Positions 10,707-21,379 are shown, counted from the first letter of the stretch. The stretch is DNA of 64,000 nt from Vulcanimicrobiales bacterium (GCA_038231455.1 JBBRLI010000001.1:96001-160000); one strand, 5' to 3'. Numbers and translations are program-made. Notes: generated from the letters alone by a model not told the origin.

Positions 10707-10733
10707 GTATCGGCAGAAGAGACAAGCGCTTGA
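10707..10733 (-). promoter_or_regulatory. Sigma-28 (FliA/SigD)-type promoter
   Basis: Minus strand TCAAG-N14-GCCGATAC (TCAA-N15-GCCGATAC), about 60 nt upstream of the modA-MCP-modA operon. Confidence 0.75.
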
Positions 10734-10756
10734 GTTGTTTTACCAGAAACATACCA

Positions 10757-11545
10757 TTAATTTTCCGTTACATACCCTGGGGCCCCTAAACGGGTCGAAA
10801 GAGAAGCGGCAAGCTCTTTCACGCGCGCGACCGTTTCGCTTCTTTTCGGCGATTCGAACTCGACGCTGACCAGGCTGATCGCGACCGCCGCGATGGCGTG
10901 CCGCCCCGCGGCATCGAACACCGGCGCGCCAATGCAGCACATCCCGGCACGCGTCTCTTCGCGGTCCTCGGCGTATCCACGTTCGCGCGCTACGACCAGA
11001 TCCGCGAGGAGCTTCTGGGTTGAGGTGATACTGTGGTCGGTCAGCGCTGGGAGCGTCGGCCCAAAGCGATCGAGCACGTCGGCCGCGGGCATGGTCGCCA
11101 GGAGCGCCTTCCCACTCGCCGTGCACGTCGCGGGGAGGCGCATCCCGATCCGGTAGTTGAGCGAGAGCCCGTGCGACCCGTTGCGGCACGCCACGTAGAC
11201 CACGTCACGGCCGTCCAGCACCGCGAGGAGCACGGTGTCCTCGAGCATTGGCGCGAGCGACTCAAAGGATGCCACGAATTCACTCGTGAGGTCGGCCTTC
11301 GCTAAATAGGCATGCGCGAGGTCCACAAGTCGAACGCCGAGTTGGTACGCGCCGTCGGGCCGCCGGGCGAGCAATCCGCCATGCACCAACGTGGCGCAGA
11401 TTCCGAGTACGGTACTTTTCGGAAATCCGACGCGAGCGGTGAGCGCAGCAAGGGAAAGCGGCTCGCTCGATGCGGCCAGGGCATCCAGCACGACGATCGC
11501 ACGTTCCAGCGCAGGGACGCTACCTTTCGGCTTCGTTGACATCAT
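10757..11545 (-). CDS. IclR-family transcriptional regulator
   Basis: [39 protein letters not shown] effector domain. Confidence 0.93.
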   Translation of the reverse strand: MMSTKPKGSVPALERAIVVLDALAASSEPLSLAALTARVGFPKSTVLGICATLVHGGLLARRPDGAYQLGVRLVDLAHAYLAKADLTSEFVASFESLAPMLEDTVLLAVLDGRDVVYVACRNGSHGLSLNYRIGMRLPATCTASGKALLATMPAADVLDRFGPTLPALTDHSITSTQKLLADLVVARERGYAEDREETRAGMCCIGAPVFDAAGRHAIAAVAISLVSVEFESPKRSETVARVKELAASLSTRLGAPGYVTEN

Positions 11546-11585
11546 GGGCGTTTTTGCCTACTGTACATATTCAGAATACTGCACG

Positions 11586-11605
11586 GCGTTCATGATGCTG
11601 AACGC
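11586..11605. promoter_or_regulatory. Candidate IclR operator
   Basis: Perfect inverted repeat GCGTTCA-N6-TGAACGC between the divergent iclR and mmsA; a second short IR TATTC-A-GAATA lies at 11568-11578. Confidence 0.6.
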
Positions 11606-11630
11606 TAAGCCCTTTGTGCTGGAGGAACCG

Positions 11631-13142
11631 ATGACGACGACTGCCGCTCCGCCCCTTGCGACCGTGCCGCATTTCATTGGCGGGAAACACGCACTCGGGA
11701 CGAGCACGCGCCGCGGTCCCGTCTTCAATCCGGCGACCGGCCTCATCACAAAAGACGTTGCACTCGCAAATGCGAGCGATGTCGACCTCGCCGTTAAATC
11801 AGCTGCCGCCGCATTTCCGGCGTGGTCGGCGATGACGCCGCTGCGTCGGGCCCGCGTGATGTTCAAATACAAGGCGTTGCTCGAGGAGCATCTCGATGAA
11901 CTCGCGGGGCTCATTACCGCCGAACACGGCAAGGTGATCTCCGACGCGCGCGGCGAGGTCATTCGCGGTATTGAGGTCGTCGAGTTTGCGTGCGGAATCC
12001 CGCATCTGCTCAAAGGCGAGTTTTCCGAGAGCGTCGGCACCGGCATCGACAGCTGGTCGATGCATCAGCCGCTCGGCGTATGCGCCGGAATTACGCCATT
12101 CAACTTCCCAACGATGGTTCCGATGTGGATGTTCCCGGTCGCGATCGCATGCGGAAACACGTTCATCCTCAAACCGTCCGATCGCGATCCTTCGGCAAGT
12201 TTGCGGCTGGCCGAACTCTTCTTCGAAGCGGGCCTACCCAGCGGCGTGCTGAGCGTCGTGAACGGTGACAAAGAAGCCGTCGACGCGCTGCTGAATCATC
12301 CGCAAATTGCTGCGGTGAGCTTCGTCGGCTCGACGCCCATTGCGAAGTACATCTACGAAACCGCGGCGCACAACGGCAAACGCGTTCAGGCGCTGGGCGG
12401 CGCAAAGAATCACGCGATCGTCCTCCCTGATGCTGACCTCGATATGGCCGTCGAAGGCCTGATCGGTGCGGCATACGGCTCGGCCGGCGAGCGCTGTATG
12501 GCAATCTCGGTCGCCGTCGCGGTCGGCGATGTCGCAGACACCCTCGTCGAGCGACTCGCCGAACGCGCGCGCTCGCTCAAAGTCGGTAGCGGCATCGACG
12601 ACCCCGAGATGGGTCCGCTTGTGACCGGAGCCCATCGCGATAAGGTGCGTGGCTACATCGATCTTGGTGTGAGCGAAGGGGCGACGCTCGTCGTCGACGG
12701 CCGCTCGTACGAGGTGCCAGGGCATGCCGAGGGATTCTTCGTCGGCGGGACACTCTTCGATCACGTTACGTCCAGCATGAAAATCTATCAAGAAGAGATC
12801 TTCGGACCGGTGCTCGTCGTCGTGCGCGTCCCTGACCTCGCCGCCGCAATCGACCTTGTGAACGCGCACCAATTCGGCAACGGCGTGGCGCTCTTCACCA
12901 CAAGCGGCGAGGCCGCGCGCGACTTCTCGCATCGCATCTCCGTGGGCATGGTCGGCATCAACGTGCCGATCCCGGTGCCGATGGCGTTTCACAGCTTCGG
13001 CGGCTGGAAAGATTCGCTCTTCGGCGACCACGCGGTGCACGGCCCCGACGGCGTGCACTTCTACACGCGATTGAAGACCGTTACGTCGCGTTGGCCGCGC
13101 ACGCAGTCGCGCGCGAGTTCGTTTGTGATGCCGACGCACTAA
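11631..13142 (+). CDS. mmsA: CoA-acylating methylmalonate-semialdehyde dehydrogenase
   Basis: [44 protein letters not shown] signature. Confidence 0.95.
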   Translation: MTTTAAPPLATVPHFIGGKHALGTSTRRGPVFNPATGLITKDVALANASDVDLAVKSAAAAFPAWSAMTPLRRARVMFKYKALLEEHLDELAGLITAEHGKVISDARGEVIRGIEVVEFACGIPHLLKGEFSESVGTGIDSWSMHQPLGVCAGITPFNFPTMVPMWMFPVAIACGNTFILKPSDRDPSASLRLAELFFEAGLPSGVLSVVNGDKEAVDALLNHPQIAAVSFVGSTPIAKYIYETAAHNGKRVQALGGAKNHAIVLPDADLDMAVEGLIGAAYGSAGERCMAISVAVAVGDVADTLVERLAERARSLKVGSGIDDPEMGPLVTGAHRDKVRGYIDLGVSEGATLVVDGRSYEVPGHAEGFFVGGTLFDHVTSSMKIYQEEIFGPVLVVVRVPDLAAAIDLVNAHQFGNGVALFTTSGEAARDFSHRISVGMVGINVPIPVPMAFHSFGGWKDSLFGDHAVHGPDGVHFYTRLKTVTSRWPRTQSRASSFVMPTH

Positions 13143-13145
13143 GGC

Positions 13146-13556
13146 GTGCTCGCTCCCGCGATCGGCATCGCCGTCGCCATCGTGCGCGCCGGGACCGTCC
13201 TTTTCGGACGCCGCATTGCCGCACATGGGAACGGCCTCTTCCAACTGCCCGGGGGCAAGCCTGACCCCGGCGAATCGTACGTCCAAACCGCAGTCCGTGA
13301 AGTGTTTGAGGAAACGGGGCTGATCATCGAGGATGCGTGCGAACTTGCGCAACAAGTGAACGACTTCCCCGAAGTCGGCAAACGCTACACGACGATCTTC
13401 TACGGGGCACGCTCCGAGACGGGAACACCGGCGAATCGCGAGCCCGATAAATGCGAGGGTTGGGCGTGGTATTCGCTTGGTGCGCTACCGGGCGAACTTT
13501 TTGCCATCGATCCGACGACAATGACCGCCATTCGCACGTTTGTGAACGGCGCGTGA
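13146..13556 (+). CDS. NUDIX hydrolase
   Basis: Nudix box GGKPDPGESYVQTAVREVFEETGL; NREPDKCEGWAW (NUDT15/MTH2-like). Confidence 0.9.
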   Translation: MLAPAIGIAVAIVRAGTVLFGRRIAAHGNGLFQLPGGKPDPGESYVQTAVREVFEETGLIIEDACELAQQVNDFPEVGKRYTTIFYGARSETGTPANREPDKCEGWAWYSLGALPGELFAIDPTTMTAIRTFVNGA

Positions 13557-14161
13557 GCCGTCGCCGCGGACAGCGCTTCGATGCCGAGCACGGTGTAACG
13601 ACCGAAGCGCTGATTTTTCTTGGCGATCTCGATCCCGACGCCGTCGGTCCGAGCATCGAATTCGCCACGCATTACGAAGCGACGCCCGTCGATGAATTCG
13701 AACGCCTACTCGCCCACAGCTCCCTTGCGCCCGAAGGCGTGACCTTCGTTGATATCGGCGCCGGCATGGGCCGCGTCACGCTCCTTGCAATGCGCTATCC
13801 GTTCAAACAGATCGTCGGGGTCGAAATTTCGCCCGCACTCCACGAAGTGGCGGTCGAAAACCTCACGCGCTACCGGACGAAGACACGCGCCTGTACGGAC
13901 GTTCGTTTCGTGCGCGCCGATGCGGCAACGTTCGCGCCCCCGAGCGGCGATCTCGTCGTCTATCTCTACAATCCGTTCCAAGCGCCGATCCTGGCGGCCG
14001 TTTTGGAACGGCTCCTCGCCGAGCCCCGCGAACTCGTGATCCTCTACCACACCGCGCTCGAACGCGCGACGATCGATGCGACCGGCGCCTTCGATCTCGT
14101 TGCCGATCTCTTCTTTGGCGTTGTGTACCGGCGAAAGGCCGCGGACCGCACCTCCCCGTAA
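13553..14161 (+). CDS. Class I SAM-dependent methyltransferase
   Basis: FVDIGAGMGR, GVEIS, YLYNPF motifs; GTGA overlap with the NUDIX stop. Confidence 0.88.
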   Translation: MSRRRGQRFDAEHGVTTEALIFLGDLDPDAVGPSIEFATHYEATPVDEFERLLAHSSLAPEGVTFVDIGAGMGRVTLLAMRYPFKQIVGVEISPALHEVAVENLTRYRTKTRACTDVRFVRADAATFAPPSGDLVVYLYNPFQAPILAAVLERLLAEPRELVILYHTALERATIDATGAFDLVADLFFGVVYRRKAADRTSP

Positions 14162-14170
14162 GGCAACGGC

Positions 14171-14914
14171 GTGTACGCTGTCATCACCGCAGGCGGCCGT
14201 GTCGATCCCGCTTTCGCCGCCGCGATCGGTATCGACGTTAAGGCGCTCGCACCACTCGGCGAACGACTGCTCATCGATGCGGCGATCGACGCGGCGCGTG
14301 CAATGGGCGTCCAAGGCATCGCCGTCGTCGGCGGCGAGCGCGTGCGCGCGCACTGCGGCAAGCGCGTCGACCGCTTTATCGACGCCGCAGAAGACGGTGT
14401 GGAAAATATTCGTCGGGCGCTTGCCGCGTTTGAATTCGAGCGTCTCGTGTATCTCACAAGCGATCTACCGTTCGTTACGGGAGAAGATCTCGCGTCGTTC
14501 GTGCACGCATCGACGGACGCCCAGCTCGCGATGCCGCTCGCCGATGCCAAAGCGTACGAACGCGCGTATCCGTTCGCTCCGCTCCACACGATGTCGCTCG
14601 GTGGCGAACGCTTCGCTAATGGCAGCGTCTTTGTGATCGACCGGGCGGCGCGCGCGCCGCTCGAAACGCTGGCCGGCCAGTTCTTTACCGCGCGCAAGAG
14701 CCTCCCCAAACTCGCGATGCTTCTCGGGCCGGCGCTCGTGCTGCGCTTCATCACGCGTCAACTGCGGATTCGCGATATCGAAGGTCGCGCGCGCGCGCTC
14801 TTCGGTCTCGACGCGCGTGCGATACGCAGCAGCGCGCCCAGCCTGTGCTACGACATCGATACGATCGCCGAGTGGCAGTATGCCGAACAACTCTGCCGCA
14901 ATTCCTATGCGTGA
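14171..14914 (+). CDS. MobA-like nucleotidyltransferase (NTP_transf_3)
   Basis: AVITAGG, KAL.PL, TSDLPF, C-terminal DID. Confidence 0.85.
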   Translation: MYAVITAGGRVDPAFAAAIGIDVKALAPLGERLLIDAAIDAARAMGVQGIAVVGGERVRAHCGKRVDRFIDAAEDGVENIRRALAAFEFERLVYLTSDLPFVTGEDLASFVHASTDAQLAMPLADAKAYERAYPFAPLHTMSLGGERFANGSVFVIDRAARAPLETLAGQFFTARKSLPKLAMLLGPALVLRFITRQLRIRDIEGRARALFGLDARAIRSSAPSLCYDIDTIAEWQYAEQLCRNSYA

Positions 14915-16130
14915 AGTTCGTCCGCGGCCAGTACCCCTCGCCGCACTTTGGTTCGGCCTGCAATTCGTCTGGGGCGCACTCCTCGCCGTTTCGCTCCAGT
15001 CCCGAAGCGCGGCACTCGCGCCGCAGTCGGCGGTATGGGCCTACGCGCTGATCGCCGCGATCGGGGCGGTGGTTGCAACGATCGTGCAGCTCGTCGTCGG
15101 CCCGCTCTCGGATCGCAGCCGCGCACGCGCGGGCACACGCCTCGCGTTCTACCGTACCGGCGTCGTGCTAGCGGTTCCGGCGATCGTGTGGTTTTATCTT
15201 GCGCCCGACTACACGAATCTCGTCGCAGCGTTTTTTCTCGTACAATTTGCGATGAACGTGGCGACCGGGCCTTATCAGGCGGTCATTCCGGATTACGTCG
15301 AGCCCGACGAGGCGGGTGCGGCATCCTCGCGCATGAGTGTTTTCCAATCGCTTGGCAATGCAGGCGGATTGATTGCCGCTGGATTCATCGCAGATCTGCG
15401 CGTGGTCGCGGCGGTGATCGTCACCATGTTGCTGGGTTCATATGCGATCACTGCGCGTCACATCGCTCGCCTGCGGTCGCACCCGGTACGCAGCGTGCAG
15501 GTTCGCATCGATGCGTCGTTCCGCACCCTACTCGCGAGTCGCGGTGCGATCAATCTTGGATTTTACACACTACTCGGATTCTTATTCTTCTACGTCAAGC
15601 AGAGTTTGAACGTCGCCGACGTGCGCACGCAAACCGCGCTGCTCTTCCTCACCTTCACCCTGTGCGGCGTCGCAGGCGCCCTGATTGCGGCCAAGCCCGC
15701 CGACCGTTTCGATAAGCGTGCCGTCGTCCTGATTGCAAATGGGCTCGTCGCTATCGCGCTCATCACGCTTGCGCTCACCGGTTCTCTTCGAATTGCCTAT
15801 GTCGCCGCAGCACTCGCCGGCGCTGCTTGGGGAGCCTATTTTACGGCAGACTGGGCACTTGCGTGCACGCTCCTTCCGCGCGACGCGATGGGGGCCGCGA
15901 TGGGCATCTGGAACGTCGCAAGCGCGGCGCCTCAAATCGTTGCTCCGCTTCTCGCCGCACCGCTCGTCGAACAATTCAACGCTCGCAGCTCCGGCAGCGG
16001 ACCGCGCGCCGCAATCGTTCTTGCAGTCATCGAATTTACGATTGGGGCACTCTGGCTTTTCCGTCTCCCTCGCACCCTCAGTGCGGGCCAACGTAACGCC
16101 CCAAGCGAACCAGCGAACACCGGAGGTTGA
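14907..16130 (+). CDS. MFS transporter
   Basis: About 12 hydrophobic segments; G.LSDR and ADRFDK motif A copies; overlaps the upstream stop. Confidence 0.9.
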   Translation: MREVRPRPVPLAALWFGLQFVWGALLAVSLQSRSAALAPQSAVWAYALIAAIGAVVATIVQLVVGPLSDRSRARAGTRLAFYRTGVVLAVPAIVWFYLAPDYTNLVAAFFLVQFAMNVATGPYQAVIPDYVEPDEAGAASSRMSVFQSLGNAGGLIAAGFIADLRVVAAVIVTMLLGSYAITARHIARLRSHPVRSVQVRIDASFRTLLASRGAINLGFYTLLGFLFFYVKQSLNVADVRTQTALLFLTFTLCGVAGALIAAKPADRFDKRAVVLIANGLVAIALITLALTGSLRIAYVAAALAGAAWGAYFTADWALACTLLPRDAMGAAMGIWNVASAAPQIVAPLLAAPLVEQFNARSSGSGPRAAIVLAVIEFTIGALWLFRLPRTLSAGQRNAPSEPANTGG

Positions 16131-16132
16131 CC

Positions 16133-16924
16133 ATGGTTGTAAGCCGCCCGCTCGCCGTTGCCGTAACGATCGTCGCACTGACCTCGCTGGGTTCGATCGC
16201 GCGCGCCGACACCGATAAAGTGCTAACACGGGTGAAGGGAAACGTGACGATTCAGCGCGATGGGACGTCGGGTTTCAATATGCTTGCGGGCTCGCTTGGC
16301 GTGCGCGATGAGTCGACCGCGAAGACCGGTAAGAAATCGGCTGCGATGCTCGCGCTTGCCGACTCATCGGAGATCGATCTTGGCGAGATCACGCAAGTCC
16401 GCGTCGGCTCGTTCGATCGGGACGCCGAGGTTGCCGGACACACGATCGTCGTCGACGGTGGGGCGCTCAAATTCACGATCCGCCATCCGCAGGGCGGACA
16501 CGCGAACTACCGATTCGTCACGCCGACGGCCCAGATCGCCGTACGCGGGACAAGCGGCATCCTCATCGTGACCCCCTCGAAGACCACGCTGATTTGCCTG
16601 GATTGTGGATCCGATGACTTGGTGGCAACGCACGACGGTACCGATGAATCGCTGCATACCGGCGAGGTCATGCAAATTGTTGGCCTGCCGGGCTCGCAGT
16701 CGGTCGTGCGGTTGCCGCTCAAAGGATTTCTCGATCCCGCACTCGTGCAGTTTCTCGGCGATACGTATGCGCGCGCGATGGCCAAAGCCATGCCCGCGAT
16801 CAAGGCCGCGATGAAACCGCGCGCGACGCCGAACCCGTGCGCGAGTGTTGCGAGCAATCGCGTCTCGAGCGACACGGCAAGCGAGACGTTCGACACGGTT
16901 GGCAGCAAGACGAACTGCAAATAA
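16133..16924 (+). CDS. Secreted FecR-domain protein
   Basis: Signal peptide (ARA-D); TG..S.A.L.L.DSS.I.L; TPTAQIAVRGT; GGAGG SD. Confidence 0.8.
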   Translation: MVVSRPLAVAVTIVALTSLGSIARADTDKVLTRVKGNVTIQRDGTSGFNMLAGSLGVRDESTAKTGKKSAAMLALADSSEIDLGEITQVRVGSFDRDAEVAGHTIVVDGGALKFTIRHPQGGHANYRFVTPTAQIAVRGTSGILIVTPSKTTLICLDCGSDDLVATHDGTDESLHTGEVMQIVGLPGSQSVVRLPLKGFLDPALVQFLGDTYARAMAKAMPAIKAAMKPRATPNPCASVASNRVSSDTASETFDTVGSKTNCK

Positions 16925-16925
16925 A

Positions 16926-16951
16926 AGACGCGCGCCGAACGGCGCGCGTCT
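16926..16951. terminator. Hairpin terminator between convergent genes
   Basis: AGACGCGCGCC-GAAC-GGCGCGCGTCT; T-run on the minus-strand side. Confidence 0.75.
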
Positions 16952-16972
16952 CGTTCTGATACCGAAGCTCCG

Positions 16973-18400
16973 CTAGTGCGGCGCGTAGATATCCGTAGCG
17001 TAGATCGCCGTGACGCTGACATCGGGTGTGTTGGTCCCGAACGCCTTGTTCATCGTATCGATGAAGACGTTCGCGAGCGTCGCGTAGCCCGTGTTCGAGG
17101 GGTGGATACCGTCGAGGCTATAGAAGCCGCCGCCGTACTGAAAGTTACAGCACTTGGGCGGATTGATCGGGATGCCGCCGGCGGTATATGCGGTTTTCAC
17201 AAATGCATGCACGTCGACGAGCGTCGCGCCGGTCGACGATGCGGCCGCGCCGATCGCTGCGTTGTAAGCATCGTTGAGCGACTGCGTCTGCGCGGCGAGC
17301 GCATCTGGCACGTAGTCGCCCGCCGGTGCGAGTGTGAACGACTGCCTCACCGCAAGTGCGCCGAGGATCTTCGAGAGGCCGGAGATCGTCAGATATCCAC
17401 CGGGTCCGACGCCATACGTCGATCGCAAACTCGTGACAACTTGCGCGGCCGTCCCCGATGCAACCGCAAGCGGAAGTCCGGCGCCGACGAGTCGCTGTGT
17501 GATGACCGGACCGACGAGCGGTTGCGGCAAGAACGTCGCTGCCGTCAGCACGTCGACGAGATTGGCGATTGCAACTTTCGATCCGACGGCATTGAGCTGA
17601 CGGATCATCGAAGTCGCATCGGCGCCCATCGAAGCGGGATCGGTCGGGACGACCGCGCCGCCCGAAAGAACGAACTTGAGCAAGTCGTTCGAGCCAAGCC
17701 AGACCGTGGTTATCGTTGGCTTGAGCGCGATTGCGGCTTGTAACTGCGTCACGTTCGGACCGAAGTTCGAAAGAATCGGCAAGATGTTGTCGGATTCCGG
17801 GAACACGACGCCCGAGAGCGCGCCGATTGGTCCGGGCGGAGCGACGCACGGCGTCGTCGGCTGGATTTGAAAGAGCCCTTCATGGAACGTTTGCCCGGGA
17901 ACGGCAACGTCGAACGGCGTCGTACCGGGATTGAGTCGCGTCGAGAGCGCGGTCGATGACGAGAACGCGAGCGCATTTTGCGATCCGCACGTGGTTGTGA
18001 TCGAGGTGAGTCCGCCGGTCGCCGTTGGCACCAGAATCTGCCCGATGCCGGGCGGCGCGATGAGCGGCAACGGCGAGATCGACGGATTACCGGGATCGGC
18101 CCCGGCGTTCATCTGCGACCACAAAAGCGCCCAGAAACCGTGCGGCTGCGTTGCTTGAACGTAGGGATACGGCGAACCGGGGATGGGGTTTGGCGCGACG
18201 TTTGCGCCCATGAGGCCCTGCGATTGGACGCCCGCGGTGAGGCTATCGCCGATACCGACGAGTCGCACCGTCGAGGGAACCGTCGGCGGTAAAACGCGCG
18301 ACGGCGTTGACGAACCCCCGCCGCTGCAGGCGCCAAGAGAGATCATCGCCGCGACGGCGGTGAGTGCGCGCATGCGCTGAATCATCGTTTGCTCCATCAT
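16973..18400 (-). CDS. SGNH/GDSL hydrolase lipoprotein
   Basis: Lipobox LGAC; GDSLTAG, WLGSND, SLDGIHPS; ATGA overlap with the upstream gene. Confidence 0.88.
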   Translation of the reverse strand: MMEQTMIQRMRALTAVAAMISLGACSGGGSSTPSRVLPPTVPSTVRLVGIGDSLTAGVQSQGLMGANVAPNPIPGSPYPYVQATQPHGFWALLWSQMNAGADPGNPSISPLPLIAPPGIGQILVPTATGGLTSITTTCGSQNALAFSSSTALSTRLNPGTTPFDVAVPGQTFHEGLFQIQPTTPCVAPPGPIGALSGVVFPESDNILPILSNFGPNVTQLQAAIALKPTITTVWLGSNDLLKFVLSGGAVVPTDPASMGADATSMIRQLNAVGSKVAIANLVDVLTAATFLPQPLVGPVITQRLVGAGLPLAVASGTAAQVVTSLRSTYGVGPGGYLTISGLSKILGALAVRQSFTLAPAGDYVPDALAAQTQSLNDAYNAAIGAAASSTGATLVDVHAFVKTAYTAGGIPINPPKCCNFQYGGGFYSLDGIHPSNTGYATLANVFIDTMNKAFGTNTPDVSVTAIYATDIYAPH

Positions 18401-19509
18401 AGCGGAATCACCGACGGCGTTCCGATACCGAACATGAGTTGGACTTGCGAGGATTTGAGACCGCGAATGCTCGGGGCAACTTGGTTTGGCGCACACGGCA
18501 GTTGCTGACAGGTCAGCGAGGTGATGCCGTTCGGCGCGATGTTGGTGGGCTGCCCGGCGCTGACGACGGCTTGGATGAACGCCATCTTGCCGATTTTATG
18601 CGAGACGCCCGTGATGATGGTTGGGATATGCTCGGGGAAAACGTCACCGGGCAGATAATCGATCAAGCGCGAGGGTTCTAAAAAGAACGTCGTGCGGTCG
18701 TTTGCGCGATATTCGAGGTAGGCAAGTTCGAAGAGCTGCATGTGATTGCCGGCGGCGTTTGCGCCGTTGAGATTCACGTTCCACTGCGGTGCAAGCGTAA
18801 TCGTGCCGAACATTTTTGAGGTCGAGAGAAACGGCAGCGTGAACGCGACGAGCTTGGTCTGCACGGTACGCAGGCGAACGGTCTGCGGGAGGCCGTTCGT
18901 TTCGATCAGCGTTTCGTCGCTATGTCCGCCGATCGTTCCACGGCGCGCGATATAGCCGGGCGAAACGATGATCGGCAGCTTTCCGCCGATGAGAAAAAGA
19001 TTCTGTGCGACCACCGTGACGATCGAGTTCTTCACGACGACGTCGGTTGGGTTCTGCGAGAGGTCTTGCAGCGCAACAGGCGAGCTGAGGCCCTGCAGAT
19101 ACAACGGCACGACGCCTTTGTCGAAGCCCTCGGGATACTCTTGCAGTTGATAGTAGCCGGCTTGGAGACGGAGCTTGCGCGAGAAGCCGTAGCCAAATGC
19201 GGCATCGACGCCGCCGGGCATTTTCGTATTGTAGCCGATATTGCCGAGCGGATAGGCGATCGATCCGTCGAGCGTGTAGCTGAAGCCCGTCGGAAGACCC
19301 GGTGTTTTGAGCGGCCGCTCCGGCGTACCGACGGGCACCGCCTGCGCGGTCTGCTTCGCCTGTAATGCCTCGCGGATCGCGCGGTTGGCGGGTTGTACGA
19401 TTTGGGTTCGCATCGATTGAGCGTCGATGAGATCGGCTCGCGCGGCGAGCGGAGAAAAGACGAGCGTAGCGGCTGCAAGTGCAGCCGACGTTCGATGCAG
19501 AATTCTCAA
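18397..19509 (-). CDS. Secreted hypothetical protein, probable outer-membrane beta-barrel
   Basis: Signal peptide (ARA-D); alternating amphipathic beta segments (FSYTLDGSIAY, LRLQAGYY, LAYLEYR, VQLMFGIG). Confidence 0.6.
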   Translation of the reverse strand: MRILHRTSAALAAATLVFSPLAARADLIDAQSMRTQIVQPANRAIREALQAKQTAQAVPVGTPERPLKTPGLPTGFSYTLDGSIAYPLGNIGYNTKMPGGVDAAFGYGFSRKLRLQAGYYQLQEYPEGFDKGVVPLYLQGLSSPVALQDLSQNPTDVVVKNSIVTVVAQNLFLIGGKLPIIVSPGYIARRGTIGGHSDETLIETNGLPQTVRLRTVQTKLVAFTLPFLSTSKMFGTITLAPQWNVNLNGANAAGNHMQLFELAYLEYRANDRTTFFLEPSRLIDYLPGDVFPEHIPTIITGVSHKIGKMAFIQAVVSAGQPTNIAPNGITSLTCQQLPCAPNQVAPSIRGLKSSQVQLMFGIGTPSVIPL

Positions 19510-19600
19510 AATGAGACCACCCTTTCGGTGTTAAGACAGCCTTAAGGGCTTCCCGCCGGGCGAAAAGAATCTTTTTTCTTCAATCGAAGAGAGTTTTTGA

Positions 19601-21379
19601 ATGGCACTTTCAACCGAAACCTTGGTGACTCTGCTCCGTCGCTCTCTGATCGAGATGCCGCGAACCGCCCTCTCCGAACGCGATGCCGGAGGCGCCTGGG
19701 TCGGTCTCACGACCGCTGACATGCTCGCCCGCGTCGAGTCGATCGCCCTTGCGATCCGTGCTCGCGGCATCGGCCGCGGCGAGCGCGTGGGGCTGATGGC
19801 AAACAACTGCTCCGACTGGATCGTTGTCAACTTCGGCATCCTTTCCGCCGGATGCGTTACGGTGCCGATCTATACGACGCAAGCCTCGGACCAAGTCGAG
19901 ATGATCCTCGTCGACAGCGATGCCAAGCTGCTCTTCATCGATCGCCCCGAGACGGTTGAGCGGCTCCAGACCGCAAGCGTTGCGCTTCCGCCGGTCGTCG
20001 AATTCACCGCGATGCGCGGTCTTGCTGCATTCGAGGCGGAGGGTCTGGCACTTCGCGCTGCCGAGCCCGCGCGCGCCGCGGCGCTTGCCGCCGAGATCGC
20101 GCCTGCGGATCTCGCGGTCCTCATCTACACCTCGGGCACGACCGGACGGCCAAAAGGCGTCATGCTCTCGCATTTCAACATCGCATCGAACGCGATCGAC
20201 TCGTTCGAGACGGTGGCCGACATCATTCCGCCGGGAGCAGCTGTGCTCTCGATGCTGCCGTACGCCCATATTTACGAGCACACCAACATCTTCGGCTATT
20301 TCTCACGCGGCGCGAGCATCTCGATCACGCACGCCCCCGAACAACTGCTCGAAGATCTGCGCTCGGTCAAACCGATCTGCACCTTTGCGGTGCCGCGTAT
20401 ATTCGAGCGCGTGCTCGTCGGTATCAATGCTACGGCGAAAAAGGCCGGCGGCGTGCGCGCGAAGCTCGTGCCGTGGGCGCTAGGCGTCGGCCGCGATTAC
20501 ATGCGTGCCAAACACGGTCAGCGTTCGAACGGCTCGCTGCTCTCGCTCCAGTACGCGCTCGCACACGCGCTCGTACTTAAAAAGATTCGCCCGATGTTGG
20601 GGCTAGACAATCTGGTCTTCTTTGGTAGCGGCAGTGCGCCGCTGCACGAAGATATCGCTTACACGTTTGCGGGCTGCGATATCTCGATTCTCGAGGGTTA
20701 CGGCTTGAGCGAAGCTGCGCCCGTGGTCACGTGCAACGATCCGCACGATCCGCACATCGGCACCGTCGGCAAAGCAATCCCCGGCGTCGAGCTCAAACTC
20801 GGCGGTGATGGCGAGCTGCTCGTGCGCGGGCCAAACGTCATGCAAGGCTACTATCACGATCCCCAATCGACGAGCACAACGCTCATCGACGGCTGGCTGC
20901 ACACCGGCGACATCGCGACGATCGATGCCGAAGGCTACGTCAAAATCACCGATCGTAAAAAAGAACTCTTCAAAACCTCGGGCGGCAAGTACATCGCGCC
21001 GGCGCGCGTGGAAGCAGCGATCAGGCGCTCGGCGTTCGTCAGCCAAGTGCTCGTCCTCGGCGCTGGACAAGCCCACCCGGCAGCACTGGTCTCACCAAAT
21101 TGGCCTGCGCTGAAAGCCGAACTTACGATCGAGGACGCGGTACCGACCGCAGACTGCTCGAAAATGCCGAGTGTCATCGACTTTCTCACCCGCGAGATGA
21201 TCGTGCAAACGAGCGACCTTGCGAGTTTCGAGCAGATTCGTTGGGTCGGCGTGCTGCCGCGCGACTTGACGGTTGAAGACGGCGAACTCTCGCCGACGCT
21301 CAAAGTCAAACGGCGTGTCGTCGAAGAGCGCTATGCCGCGCTAATCGATGCGATATTCGCCGCGGGCGCTCAGCGGTAG
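19601..21379 (+). CDS. Long-chain fatty acid--CoA ligase (AMP-dependent)
   Basis: YTSGTTGRPKG, EGYGLSE, TGDI, ITDRKKE..KTSGGK, SPTLKVKR. Confidence 0.93.
   Translation: MALSTETLVTLLRRSLIEMPRTALSERDAGGAWVGLTTADMLARVESIALAIRARGIGRGERVGLMANNCSDWIVVNFGILSAGCVTVPIYTTQASDQVEMILVDSDAKLLFIDRPETVERLQTASVALPPVVEFTAMRGLAAFEAEGLALRAAEPARAAALAAEIAPADLAVLIYTSGTTGRPKGVMLSHFNIASNAIDSFETVADIIPPGAAVLSMLPYAHIYEHTNIFGYFSRGASISITHAPEQLLEDLRSVKPICTFAVPRIFERVLVGINATAKKAGGVRAKLVPWALGVGRDYMRAKHGQRSNGSLLSLQYALAHALVLKKIRPMLGLDNLVFFGSGSAPLHEDIAYTFAGCDISILEGYGLSEAAPVVTCNDPHDPHIGTVGKAIPGVELKLGGDGELLVRGPNVMQGYYHDPQSTSTTLIDGWLHTGDIATIDAEGYVKITDRKKELFKTSGGKYIAPARVEAAIRRSAFVSQVLVLGAGQAHPAALVSPNWPALKAELTIEDAVPTADCSKMPSVIDFLTREMIVQTSDLASFEQIRWVGVLPRDLTVEDGELSPTLKVKRRVVEERYAALIDAIFAAGAQR

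Noticed and set aside
11391-11630. Long N-terminal extensions in the ORF track (mmsA, acyl-CoA dehydrogenase, hslU, fadB, ligase at 22032)
   Set aside because: They overlap neighbouring genes; downstream starts have SDs or stop/start overlaps and match family N-termini.
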